A stretch of 64,000 nucleotides of DNA, from assembly GCA_002104945.1 (NCBI GenBank), contig MCFH01000006.1, forward strand, positions 1,116,001-1,180,000. The letters are read 5' to 3'. Under the pieces are notes generated by a model, which did no database searches, was not told the origin of the DNA, and saw only the letters and a program-made list of their open reading frames with translations. A program made the position numbers and the translations under genes. The number at the start of each line of letters is the position of its first letter. The stretch's first letter is position 1. Below are positions 51,267 to 63,930 of this stretch, piece by piece. This DNA comes from Piromyces finnis finn (Eukaryota > Fungi > Neocallimastigomycota).

Positions 51267-53549
51267 TTAGCATTCAGTTGGCATACCACACCAGTCACCG
51301 TTTTCAACACCCCAGTCACCATCAGCATCTTGGTAGTAGACGGTACCACAAGATGAACAGCATGGATAACCTTGTGAGGTAATAGAAGATGGACAAACTT
51401 CAGCGGCACCACCGCAACCACACCATTGACCGTTTTCAACACCCCAGTCACCATCACCATCAGTGTAAACAACTTGGCAATTCTTAGAACAGCACTTGTA
51501 ACCTTGTCTAGTAATAGCAGCAGAACACTTACCTGGCTTGGTAGTGTTACCACCAGTGTTACCACCAGTGTTACCCTTACCGTATTTACCTAAATCGTAA
51601 ATAGAGATAAGACCATTGGCAACCATAATTTCGGTTTGACCCCAGAATCTGTGGTAAGTGAAGGTTGGTGGGTTACCGCCATTAAGGAAGTCTTCAACTT
51701 GGTACCAGTCTGGATCTTCCTTGTACTTTGGACGAATGTCAATGAAAGTGACACCGTTTTGAAGGTTAGCACCTTGAGCATTCTTACCAGTCCAGCCAGA
51801 TGGAATGTAAACTTCTCCACCGAACTTTTCGTAGTCAAGACGTTGTTCTTCAGCAGCGTAACCAAGATCATCCTTGTAGTTTTCAATGGCATCCATGACA
51901 GAAACAGCAAGAGAAAGACCTTCTTCATCACCATCCTTCATAGAAACCCACATTAATCCCTTCATAATAGAGGCAATGGAACCAAGATCAAGACCTTCAG
52001 AAGTAACAGTACCGTGAAGAGATTTGTTAAGACCAGACTTATTGAAGTTAGAGGCCTTCCATTCATCTGGATTACCATCCCAACCTAAGTTAGTAGCGTG
52101 GATAACTTCACCACCGTTAACACGAGTAGTGTCCTTAACCCATTGAGCCCAGTTCTTACAGACAAGACCAGCCTTTTCGTTACCAGAAAGGTAGTACATG
52201 GAACAGACACGTTCCATACCCCAACCTTGCATACCAGTCCAGTTGTTGGATGGTGGGTCGTGGTAAACTGGTTGCCAGTCGTAGTACATACCATAGAAGG
52301 TAGTAATGTCACTGGATGGTTGAGCATAAGAACCTTGCCATGAGTTAGTGGCACCACCAGCAATACAACCTTCTGGAGTTTGTAACCATCTGAATAATTC
52401 TAATTGACGGTCCATGGAAGTAGCCCAATCCTTAGCACCATTAGAAGACTTTGGCTTGAAGGCAGGTTGAGTGGAAAGAATCCAGGCAGCTAATGGAGAT
52501 TGGTAACCAGTGTGAGTGTGGGAGGAACCAATTCTCCAGGCCCAGTCACCTTGTAAACCTCCACCCCAGGCGAAGTACCAGGAGATAAGGTAGTGAGCAG
52601 AGTTCTTACCAGAACCAGCAGAACATCTATCGTAACCAACACAGTTACCAATCTTCTTGAAATATTTATCGTATTGAGCGTAACGTAAGTAATCACCAAG
52701 CTTGGCAGCCTTAGAAGCAACAGAAGAAAGATCTTGACCATCTTCTTGAGCCCATAACCAACCGAAGTAAGCGGCTTGAACGGCACGAGCATCGGCATCT
52801 GGAGCAGCAGTGTATCTCCATTGCTTAGCGTAAGAATTATCAACAGTGAAAAGATCTAAGAAACCGTTGCGGCCACCCCATTTCATAGCTTCCCAGCATG
52901 GGTGTGGAACAGTCTTCCAAGTAGATTCAGATGGACCACGTTGGAAAGTGTTAATGAAGGATGGCTTAGACTTACCATCACCTTGTTGACCGTAACCGTA
53001 CCAGTTATCACCATCAATAATCCAGTGCATGGCGTAGATATCCCAGTTACCGTAGGCTTGTTGAAGTTCCTTAGCAATTGGATCTTCACCAACAATACCA
53101 TCTTGGAACATAAGCTTTGATGGATATCCAGTAATTTCATCATGTTCAGCGGCGTATGTAGCTGGAGAAGATGGATTGTACTTGCTGTTACCTGGTTGGT
53201 TCTTGCTGTCTGGAATTAAGTGCTTTTCTAAGTAGCTCCAGGCAGTTTCAACACCAGAGTAATCACCGGTAAGCTTACCGTTAACAGCTTCTAACCAAAC
53301 CCAGAAGGAGTAGGTTTCAGAGACGGATTCGTGACCGTGATCTGGAGCTTCAACCATAAGAGTTTCAACAGAGTGGTATGGAACATTTTCTGGAGAGAAG
53401 TATTCAGATTGGTAAGAACCATTACCAGTAATTTTGTTGTAGTGGTCAATAGCACGTTGAGCGTATTCATCGCTAGCACGCTTAGTCATTGGAGCAGCTA
53501 AAACGGTAGTAGCACCAAGAAGAGCAAGAGCAGATCTAATAGATGGCAT
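51267..53549 (-). CDS. cel48: Glycoside hydrolase family 48 cellulosomal exoglucanase with two C-terminal CBM10 fungal dockerins
   Basis: Signal peptide with KR propeptide; EAPDHGHESVSE, NTFQRG, YTAAPDADARA, GGATNSW and YHRFW motifs; two GY.CC...DGDWGVENG.WCG repeats; intronless and GC-rich. Confidence 0.97.
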   Translation of the reverse strand: MPSIRSALALLGATTVLAAPMTKRASDEYAQRAIDHYNKITGNGSYQSEYFSPENVPYHSVETLMVEAPDHGHESVSETYSFWVWLEAVNGKLTGDYSGVETAWSYLEKHLIPDSKNQPGNSKYNPSSPATYAAEHDEITGYPSKLMFQDGIVGEDPIAKELQQAYGNWDIYAMHWIIDGDNWYGYGQQGDGKSKPSFINTFQRGPSESTWKTVPHPCWEAMKWGGRNGFLDLFTVDNSYAKQWRYTAAPDADARAVQAAYFGWLWAQEDGQDLSSVASKAAKLGDYLRYAQYDKYFKKIGNCVGYDRCSAGSGKNSAHYLISWYFAWGGGLQGDWAWRIGSSHTHTGYQSPLAAWILSTQPAFKPKSSNGAKDWATSMDRQLELFRWLQTPEGCIAGGATNSWQGSYAQPSSDITTFYGMYYDWQPVYHDPPSNNWTGMQGWGMERVCSMYYLSGNEKAGLVCKNWAQWVKDTTRVNGGEVIHATNLGWDGNPDEWKASNFNKSGLNKSLHGTVTSEGLDLGSIASIMKGLMWVSMKDGDEEGLSLAVSVMDAIENYKDDLGYAAEEQRLDYEKFGGEVYIPSGWTGKNAQGANLQNGVTFIDIRPKYKEDPDWYQVEDFLNGGNPPTFTYHRFWGQTEIMVANGLISIYDLGKYGKGNTGGNTGGNTTKPGKCSAAITRQGYKCCSKNCQVVYTDGDGDWGVENGQWCGCGGAAEVCPSSITSQGYPCCSSCGTVYYQDADGDWGVENGDWCGMPTEC

Positions 53550-55772
53550 TTTAAAATTAACTTTCGAATAAAATTAGAATAAAAAATATTATTATTCAAT
53601 AATAAAAATTTTTATTATTTTTTTTTTAATAGTTCGTTCCGGCGAACAATTAATCTTTATTAAAATATAATATTAAAAAATATGATATTTTTTAATTAAA
53701 GAAAATTATTTTAATGGAAATTTTTATTTCTTTTATACTTTCATGAAAATATAATAATAATAATAATAATAATAATGTAAATATAAATATTTGAAATACT
53801 TTTTTAATTTAAAAATTCATAAATTATATACATTGAATAATGACAGAATAAAATTTTTATTATAATTATTATATTTCATTGTTATTTAAATTATATTATT
53901 ATATAAAGTTTTGTTTTATATAATTTAAATATAAAGTTTATTGTATAAAATATTAAATTCTAAAATCCAATGGTATAAAAAATAAATTAAATTAATATAT
54001 AATAAGCCTTAAAAAAAAAAGTTTAAATTATATAAAATAACAATATTAAAATTTTATTTTCCTATTTATTATAATTGTTACATTTTTCAAAAATCAATAT
54101 ATTTTCATTATAATTATAACTAAAAAAAAAATGTAGTAAAATAAAAAAATTTTCATTAATAGATATAAACATGTGACTCTACATATTAAATTTTGTTCCC
54201 CATCATTTTAATTTTGAATATCTTTTATTTAACAAAATAATTAAAAAATTAATGTTTCCATTTATATAAAATATATAAAATAGTGTTATTTTATATTTTA
54301 TATATATTAACTATTTTATTATTGTTATAAAATTCATAATTATATATTTATATAAAAAGACAAGATGTTTCATAAAATATTAATAATTTTTAAAAAAAAA
54401 AATAATTATTTATAATATAAAGTATTGTTGTTTTAATTATTAACTAATTAATATTTTTATATTAGTATAATAGTGTAAATAGAGATTAATATTACAATGG
54501 TATTCTAGATAACTAAAAAAAATAAATAATTAAAAATATATTTTTTAACATTAAATATATATAATTTCAATTACAATAAAAATAGCAAAAATATCTAGAA
54601 AGCATTAATAAATAATAAATTAAAATTAAAACGAATATAAATATTATTAATAAATAAATAATATTAATTTTACATTTATGTTTCACTTTTTATATTTTAA
54701 TAAAGTCTTTAGTGTGCTTAATTTGCACATCATACCATATATATTCACATAAAAATTTTATTAATTTATATAGAAAATGAAACATTTTATTATAGTAAAA
54801 TAAAAAAGTCATTTCTTAATATATTTTATTTTTAAAATTTTTTATTTTTATATATATTTAAGTTTATACAATGGAACAATGGAAAATTGGAAATATTTTT
54901 TTAAAATAAAAATAAAAATACTAATAAGATATTTTGTTTCACATTAAAATTAAATTAATAGTAAAATCAAAATATTTTCTACTTTGAATATAAAACTTTA
55001 AGAATACATAAAATAAATGTCAAATATATTAAATATATTGAAAAATATTGTAAAATATTATATATATAAACTACATTGTAAATATACAAATATATGTAAT
55101 TTATATTTATTTTACACTAATAACTTAGTAACTAAAGTAATTCAAGTAATTTTTACTAGTAACATTATAAATTTTAATAAAGTTGACATAATTATAAACT
55201 CTAATCAAGATTTTATATAATAAAAACGACTTTATTTATTTATTTTTTATTTTTTATATTTTTTATATTTTTTATATTTTATATTTAGAAAAAAAATAAT
55301 ACATTTTTTGAATAATTTTTATTTTAAAAAATAATAATGAATAAATAAAAAAAATCTACTTTTTCATTTTTTGACAATTATATTTTAAATTCTTTGAATA
55401 AAATTAGCTCACTGCTCCCTTAAATTTTTATTAAAACTTTTTAAAAAAGAAATTATACATAATATTTTGTTAGTAGCAATTTTTTTGTTGAAAATTTTAA
55501 TTTATTGGAAACAAAAAAAAAAGTTCATTTAATAATTAATTTGAATTATTGAATATAATTACAGATTTTGTTTTGTTCTTTTAAATTATAATTACTAAAT
55601 TGCTTTCTTTTTTAAGAAAATATTTTATTTCTTTATAATAACAACAATAAATTTAATTTATTAAAAGATTAGGTTAATATTAATTTTTAAAACTAACCTT
55701 TTTATTATTATTTAAAAATACATAATTTATAAATTAAAGTTTACTACATTACAATTTTCATTTTAAGATGAT

Positions 55773-55818
55773 TTTTCTACATTATTCTATATTACTCTAC
55801 ATTATTCTACATTGTTCT
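55773..55818 (+). promoter_or_regulatory. Candidate step-type HSE upstream of HSP20 copy 4
   Basis: TTC at 55775, 55785, 55805 and 55815; CTC at 55795. Confidence 0.6.
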
Positions 55819-56128
55819 TGTTCTTAATAATTGATAAAAGATTTTTTCACTAAAAGTAAAAATGTTAATATCTTTTTCTATAGGTGAAAAAAAGTATATA
55901 AAGGTCAAAATTTTTTCTAAAACTTTTTTTCATCATTACTTTATTACATTAACTTTTATAATATATAAATTATAAGTTATAAATTATTATATATATATAA
56001 AAATAAAATAATAAATTTATAAAAAAATATATAAATAATTATAAAATCAAAAATTCAATTAAATAAATCAAATCGTATTAATAAATTCATTAATTAATAA
56101 ATTATTATTTTTAAAAAAGAATTCAAAA

Positions 56129-56830
56129 ATGTCTTTATATATTTATTCTCAACCAATTCACTCATTTGAAAATTCATTATTCCATGATTTCGATAATGAT
56201 CATTTCTTTGACGTTTTGATTCCTGGTTCTACTTATAATACTCTTATTCCACTTTATCCTCGTCGTCGTGGACATCGTAGAAATAGAAATTCATTTGGTT
56301 ATGCCTATAATACTTTAGAAAAACAATTAAATAAAATATTTAATGATGATAACAAGTTTTTGACTGACTTCGAACCTAGAATAAATCTTAGTGAAGATGA
56401 AAATAATTATTATATTCATGCTGATTTACCAGGAATATCTAAAGATAAAATTAAGATGGAAGTTGATGAAGAAAGAACTTTAACAATTTCAGGAGAAAGA
56501 GAAAATATTTATAAAAACAATGATGATAATTCTAGAAAAGAAAAACAAGAAAATGAAAAAGAACAAACTTCAACAACAACAGCAACAACAACAGCAACAA
56601 TGGATGGAATAGAAATGGAAGAAGATCAAAAAAATAACAACAATAATAATAATGACCATAAATATAGTGTAATGGAATGTAGTTATGGTAGTTTCTCTAG
56701 ATCCTTTACTATTCCAGAAGATGGAAATATTGATAATATTCAAGCTAAAATGGAAAATGGAGTTTTAGAAATCATCATTAATAAAATTAAAACTCAAAAA
56801 AGTCAAACTCGCTCAATTCAAATTCAATGA
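56129..56830 (+). CDS. HSP20: Small heat-shock protein, copy 4
   Basis: Near-identical to the other copies. Confidence 0.95.
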   Translation: MSLYIYSQPIHSFENSLFHDFDNDHFFDVLIPGSTYNTLIPLYPRRRGHRRNRNSFGYAYNTLEKQLNKIFNDDNKFLTDFEPRINLSEDENNYYIHADLPGISKDKIKMEVDEERTLTISGERENIYKNNDDNSRKEKQENEKEQTSTTTATTTATMDGIEMEEDQKNNNNNNNDHKYSVMECSYGSFSRSFTIPEDGNIDNIQAKMENGVLEIIINKIKTQKSQTRSIQIQ

Positions 56831-57294
56831 ATCCAATAAATTCATCAAATTCAATTATTATAATATCTTTATTATATTGAATAATAAACAATTAAGCACA
56901 TAAACTATTCCTATTTATTTATTTATTTTCTATCATTATCTCTATTAAATTAATATTAATTAAATTTATTATTTCATTTATACTATCATAATCATATAAT
57001 CATATATTAAATATTTAAATATTAAAATATTAAAATAATTATTTTTAAATATTATTATTTATTTCTTTTTGTTAAATAAATTTTAATAATTATATAATCC
57101 TGTAAATATAAAATAAAAATTAATTTGAAATAAAATAAAAATAAAAATAAAATGTATCCAAAATAAATTACCAATTTTTTTTTTATTATTTTATTATTAT
57201 TATTATTTTGTGAGTTGTGTGTTTATAACAATTTGAATAAAATGTTTAATTTTTAAAAATATTTAAATATTCTATCTTTATTGAAAATATATAT

Positions 57295-57572
57295 TTTAAT
57301 TTAGGTTAAATGTTTCAATAAATGGAAAAAACAAAAATAAATTGTATTTTCGTTAATTTAATTAAATATACATTCCAAAATTATAAAATTGTATATAATT
57401 CAATCAAGTATCTATTTTATTTTTTTTAAAGTCAAACTATCTAATTATTTTTTGTTTAATGATTAAAGTGCTTTGGAAATTCTTTTACTCAAAAACTGAT
57501 CTATTTCTTTTATTAAAAGTTATCAGTATTAGTTATTTCATATTGATCATGCTCTAATCAATTCGAAGATGA

Positions 57573-57604
<32 letters not shown>

Positions 57605-58113
57605 GGTTTATTTATTTATTATTAACTTATTTCATATTAAAAAACACATCTTATTAATATTGATAGTAACTTTATTATTATTAATTTATAACTATTCTAG
57701 TGTTCTAGTGTTCCTAAGAAAATTTTAAGATGGTAATAATTCTCTTTTTATTAATAATAAATTTAAAATTTTTTCAACTAAACTATTAAATTCAATAATT
57801 CTGATATTTTAACACAAGGATTCTACAAAGTATTTATTTCAACTAAACTTTCTAGATAAACTCAAAATCACATCATTAATAATTATAATCTCAAATATTC
57901 ATTTCATAACACAATAATACAACTAATCTTCAATTCCCAAAAAGTTTGAATTAATTTTTATAAAGAATTAAGAAAATAACATAAACTTTATCATATGGAT
58001 GAATTTATGAAAAAAAAACAAGAGAGAAATTTGAAAGCTTTATTAATATTATTTAAATAATTTTTGTAATTATTTTAGGAATAAGAAAGAATATTTTCAT
58101 TGATATAAAGAAC
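57295..58113 (+). mobile_element. LINE relic in HSP20 spacer 4-5
   Basis: Near-identical to 40271-41120. Confidence 0.75.
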
Positions 58114-58318
58114 TAATAAATAAATAATTTTTATTTTCTATGTATCAACTAATAAAGTCAAGTCAATAATGTATTTATTTTAATTAGTATAATTATATTC
58201 AATTTTAAACTTTAATAAATCTTACTTCTCATTTTACATTTTACATTTTTATATTTTAATACATTTTATTACATTAATGTTTTTATATTAAATAAGAAAT
58301 ATAGGAAAAATCTATATT

Positions 58319-58354
58319 ATTCTACATTATTCTACATCACTCTACATTATTCTA
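58319..58354 (+). promoter_or_regulatory. Candidate step-type HSE upstream of HSP20 copy 5
   Basis: TTC at 58320, 58330 and 58350; CTC at 58340. Confidence 0.55.
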
Positions 58355-58714
58355 AATTTATATATTTTATTAATAATTATGTAATAAAGACTTTTTCATT
58401 TATATTATTGTCTTTGTCTATATTGATATACAAATATAAATAATAATAATAATAATAATAACAAAAAAAGTATATAAAGATAAAAATATTTTTTAAAACT
58501 TTTTTTTTTCATCATTACTTTATAATATTACTTTTATAATATATAAATTATAAGTTATATAAATTATTATATATATATAAAAAAAATAATAAATTTATAA
58601 AAAATATATAAATAATTAAATAATTATAAAATCAAAAATTCAATTAAATAAATCAAATCATATTTAATAAATTCATTAATTAATAAATTATTATTTTAAA
58701 AAAAAAATTCAAAA

Positions 58715-59407
58715 ATGTCTTTATATATTTATTCTCAACCAATTCACTCATTTGAAAATTCATTATTCGATGATTTCGATAATGATCATTTCTTTGACGC
58801 TTTGATTCCTGGTTCTACTTATAATACTCTTATTCCACTTTATCCTCGTCGTCGTGGACATCGTAGAAATAGAAATTCATTTGATTATGCCTATAATACT
58901 TTAGAAAAACAATTAAATAAAATATTTAATGATGATAACAAGTTTTTAACTGACTTCGAACCTAGAATAAATCTTAGTGAAGATGAAAATAATTATTATA
59001 TTCATGCTGATTTACCAGGAATGGCTAAAGATAAAATTAAGATGGAAATTGATGAAGAAAGAACTTTAACAATTTCAGGAGAAAGAGAAAATATCTATAA
59101 AAACAATAATGATAATTTTAGAAAAGAAAAACAAGAAAATGAAAAAGAACAAACTTCAACAACAACAGCAACAACAACAGCAACAATGGATGGAATAGAA
59201 ATGGAAGAAGATCAAAAAAATAATAATAATGGCCATAAATATAGTGTAATGGAATGCAGTTATGGTAGTTTCTCTAGATCCTTTACTATTCCAGAAGATG
59301 GAAATATTGATAATATTCAAGCTAAAATGGAAAATGGAGTATTAGAAATCATCATTAATAAAATTAAAACTCAAAAAAGTCAAACTCGCTCAATTCAAAT
59401 TCAATGA
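58715..59407 (+). CDS. HSP20: Small heat-shock protein, copy 5
   Basis: Near-identical to the other copies. Confidence 0.95.
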   Translation: MSLYIYSQPIHSFENSLFDDFDNDHFFDALIPGSTYNTLIPLYPRRRGHRRNRNSFDYAYNTLEKQLNKIFNDDNKFLTDFEPRINLSEDENNYYIHADLPGMAKDKIKMEIDEERTLTISGERENIYKNNNDNFRKEKQENEKEQTSTTTATTTATMDGIEMEEDQKNNNNGHKYSVMECSYGSFSRSFTIPEDGNIDNIQAKMENGVLEIIINKIKTQKSQTRSIQIQ

Positions 59408-59881
59408 ATTCAATAAATTCATTAAATTCAATTATTATAATATCTTTATTATATTGAATAATAAACAATTAAGCACATAAACTATTCCTATTTATTTATT
59501 CATTTGTCTGCTTTTCTATCATTATATTTATTAAATTAATATTAATTAAATTTATTATTTCATTTATACTATCATAATCATATAATCATATATTAAATAT
59601 TTAAATATTAAAATATTAAAATAATTATTTTTAAATATTATTATTTATTTCTTTTTGTTAAATAAATTTTAATAATTATATAATCCTGTAAATATAAAAT
59701 AAAAATTAATTTGAAATAAAATAAAAATAAAAATAAAATGTATCCAAAATAAATTACCAATTTTTTTTTTATTATTTTATTATTATTATTATTTTGTGAG
59801 TTGTGTGTTTATAACAATTTGAATAAAATGTTTAATTTTTAAAAATATTTAAATATTCTATCTTTATTGAAAATATATATT

Positions 59882-60160
59882 TTAATTTAGGTTAAATGTT
59901 TCAATAAATGGAAAAAACAAAAATAAATTGTATTTTCGTTAATTTAATTAAATATACATTCCAAAATTATAAAATTGTATATAATACAATCAAGTATCTA
60001 TTTTATTTTTTTTAAAGTCAAACTATCTAATTATTTTTTGTTTAATAATTAAAGTGCTTTGGAAATTCTTTTACTCAAAAACTGATCTATTTCTTTTATT
60101 AAAAGTTATCAGTATTAGTTTTTTCATATTGATCATGCTCTAATCAATTCGAAGATGAAT

Positions 60161-60195
<35 letters not shown>

Positions 60196-60706
60196 GTTTA
60201 TTTATTTATTATTAACTTATTTCATATTAAAAAACACATCTTATTAATATTGATAATAACTTTATTATTATTAATTTATAACTATTCTAGTGTTCTAGTG
60301 TTCCTAAGAAAATTTTAAGATGGTAATAATTCTCTTTTTATTAATAATAAATTTAAAATTTTTTCAACTAAACTATTAAATTCAATAATTCTGATATTTT
60401 AACGAAAGGATTCTACAAAGAATTTATTTCAACTAAACTTTCTAGATAAACTCAAAATCACATCATTAATAATTATAATCTCAAATATTCATTTCATAAC
60501 ACAATAATACAACTAATCTTCAATTCCCAAAAAGTTTGAATTAATTTATATAAAGAATTAAGAAAATAACATAAACTTTATCATATGGATGAATTTATGA
60601 AAAAAGAAAAAAAAAAGAAAAATTTGAAAGCTTTATTAATATTATTTAAATAATTTTTGTAATTATTTTAGGAATAAGAAAGAATATTTTCATTGATATA
60701 AAGAAC
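59882..60706 (+). mobile_element. LINE relic in HSP20 spacer 5-6
   Basis: Near-identical to 40271-41120. Confidence 0.75.
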
Positions 60707-60924
60707 TAACAAATAAATAATTTTTATTTTCTATGTATCAATTAATAAAGTCAAGTCAATAATGTATTTCTTTTATTTAGTATAATTATATTCAATTTTA
60801 AACTTTAATAATAAAACTTACTTTACCTCATTTTACATTTTACATTTTACATTTTTATATTTTAATACATTCTATTACATTAATGTTTTTATATTAAATA
60901 AGAAATATAAGAAAAATCTATATT

Positions 60925-60960
60925 ATTCTACATTATTCTACATTATTCTACATTATTCTA
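60925..60960 (+). promoter_or_regulatory. Candidate step-type HSE upstream of HSP20 copy 6
   Basis: Four TTC at 60926, 60936, 60946 and 60956. Confidence 0.62.
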
Positions 60961-61328
60961 AATTTATATATTTTATTAATTAATAATTATGTAATAAAGA
61001 CTTTTTCATTTATATTATTGTCTTTGTCTATATTGATATACAAATATAAATCATAATAATAATAATAATAATAATCATAACAAAAAAAGTATATAAAGGT
61101 CAAAATCTTTTCTAAAACTTTTTTTCATCATTACTTTATAATATTACTTTTATAATATATAAATTATAAGTTATAAATTATTATATATATATAAAAAAAA
61201 TAATAAATTTATAAAAAATATATAAATAATTAAATAATTATAAAATCAAAAATTCAATTAAATAAATCAAATCATATTTAATAAATTTATTAATTAATAA
61301 ATTATTATTTTTAAAAAAAAATTCAAAA

Positions 61329-62045
61329 ATGTCTTTATATATTTATTCTCAACCAATTCACTCATTTGAAAATTCATTATTCGATGATTTTAATAATGAT
61401 CATTTCGATAATGATCATTTCTTGGATGCTTTGATTCCTGGTTCTACTTATAATACTCTTATTCCATTTTATCCTCGTCGTCGTGGACATCGTAGAAATA
61501 GAAATTCATTTAATTATGCCTATAATACTTTAGAAAAACAATTAAATAAAATATTTAATGACGATAACAAGTTTTTAACCGACTTCGAACCTAGAATAAA
61601 TCTTAGTGAAGATGAAAATAATTATTTTATTCATGCTGATTTACCAGGAATGTCTAAAGATAAAATTAAGATGGAAGTTGATGAAGAAAGAACTTTAACA
61701 ATTTCAGGAGAAAGAGAAAATATCTATAAAAACAATAATGATAATTCTAGAAAAGAAAAACAAGAAAATGAAAAAGAACAAACTTCAACAACAACAGCAA
61801 CAACAACAGCAACAATGGATGGAATAGAAATGGAAGAAGATCAAAAAAATAACAACAATAATAATAATGACCATAAATATAGTGTAATGGAATGTAGTTA
61901 TGGTATTTTCTCTAGATCCTTTACTATTCCAGAAGATGGAAATATCGATAATATTCAAGCTAAAATGGAAAATGGAGTTTTAGAAATCATCATTAATAAA
62001 ATTAAAACTCAAAAAAGTCAAACTCGCTCAATTCAAATTCAATGA
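61329..62045 (+). CDS. HSP20: Small heat-shock protein, copy 6
   Basis: Near-identical to the other copies. Confidence 0.95.
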   Translation: MSLYIYSQPIHSFENSLFDDFNNDHFDNDHFLDALIPGSTYNTLIPFYPRRRGHRRNRNSFNYAYNTLEKQLNKIFNDDNKFLTDFEPRINLSEDENNYFIHADLPGMSKDKIKMEVDEERTLTISGERENIYKNNNDNSRKEKQENEKEQTSTTTATTTATMDGIEMEEDQKNNNNNNNDHKYSVMECSYGIFSRSFTIPEDGNIDNIQAKMENGVLEIIINKIKTQKSQTRSIQIQ

Positions 62046-62501
62046 ATCCAATAAATTCATCAAATTCAATTATTATAATATCTTTATTATATTGAATAAT
62101 AAACAATTAAGCACATAAACTATTCCTATTTATTTATTTATTTTCTATCATTATCTCTATTGAATTAATATTAATTAAATATTATTTCATTTATACTATC
62201 ATAATCATATAATCATACATTAAATATTAAAATATTAAAATAATTATTTTTAAATATTATTATTTATTTCTTTTTGTTAAATAAATTTTAATAATTATAC
62301 AATCCTGTAAATATAAAATAAAAATTAATTTGAAATAAAATAAAAATAAAAATAAAATGTATCCAAAATAAATTACTAATTTTTTTTTTTATTATTTTAT
62401 TATTATTATTATTTTGTGAGTTGTGTGTTTATAACAATTTGAATAAAATGTTTAATTTTTAAAAATATTTAAATATTCTATCTTTATTGAAAATATATAT
62501 T

Positions 62502-62779
62502 TTAATTTAGGTTAAATGTTTCAATAAATTGAAAAAACAAAAATAAATTGTATTTTCGTTAATTTAGTTAATATACATTCCAAAATTATAAAAATGTATA
62601 TAATACAATCAAGTATCTATTTTATTTTTTTTAAAGTCAAACTATCTAATTATTTTTTGTTTAATAATTAAAGTGCTTTGGAAATTCTTTTACTCAAAAA
62701 CTGATCTATTTCTTTTATTAAAAGTTATCAGTATTAGTTTTTTCATATTGATCATGCTCTAATCAATTCGAAGATGAAT

Positions 62780-62818
<39 letters not shown>

Positions 62819-63330
62819 GTTTATTTATTTATTATTAACTTATTTCATATTAAAAAACACATCTTATTAATATTGATAATAACTTTATTATTATTAATTT
62901 ATAACTATTCTAGTGTTCTAGTGTTCCTAAGAAAATTTTAAGATGGTAATAATTCTCTTTTTATTAATAATAAATTTAAAATTTTTTCAACTAAACTATT
63001 AAATTCAATAATTCTGATATTTTAACAAAAGGATTCTACAAAGAATTTATTTCAACTAAACTTTCTAGATAAACTCAAAATCACATCATTAATAATTATA
63101 ATCTCAAATATTCATTTCATAACACAATAATACAACTAATCTTCAATTTTCAAAAAGTTTGAATTAATTTTTATAAAGAATTAAGAAAATAACATAAACC
63201 TTATCATATGGATGAATTTATGAAAAAAGAAAAAAAAAAGAAAAATTTGAAAGCTTTATTAATATTATTTAAATAATTTTTGTAATTATTTTAGGAATAA
63301 GAAAGAATATTTTCATTGATATAAAGAACT
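62502..63330 (+). mobile_element. LINE relic in HSP20 spacer 6-7
   Basis: Near-identical to 40271-41120. Confidence 0.75.
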
Positions 63331-63534
63331 AATAAATAAATAATTTTTATTTTCTATGTATCAACTAATAAAGTCAAGTCAATAATGTATTTATTTTAAT
63401 TAGTATAATTATATTCAATTTTAAACTTTAATAAATCTTACTTCTCATTTTACATTTTACATTTTTATATTTTAATACATTTTATTACATTAATGTTTTT
63501 ATATTAAATAAGAAATATAGGAAAAATCTATATT

Positions 63535-63570
63535 ATTCTACATTATTCTACATCACTCTACATTATTCTA
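63535..63570 (+). promoter_or_regulatory. Candidate step-type HSE upstream of HSP20 copy 7
   Basis: TTC at 63536, 63546 and 63566; CTC at 63556. Confidence 0.55.
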
Positions 63571-63930
63571 AATTTATATATTTTATTAATAATTATGTAA
63601 TAAAGACTTTTTCATTTATATTATTGTCTTTGTCTATATTGATATACAAATATAAATAATAATAATAATAATAATAACAAAAAAAGTATATAAAGATAAA
63701 AATATTTTTTAAAACTTTTTTTTTTCATCATTACTTTATAATATTACTTTTATAATATATAAATTATAAGTTATATAAATTATTATATATATATAAAAAA
63801 AATAATAAATTTATAAAAAATATATAAATAATTAAATAATTATAAAATCAAAAATTCAATTAAATAAATCAAATCATATTTAATAAATTCATTAATTAAT
63901 AAATTATTATTTTAAAAAAAAAATTCAAAA

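Noticed and set aside
51263-53479. Many overlapping ORFs within GH48
   Set aside because: By-products of the strong codon bias and higher GC of a highly expressed gene.
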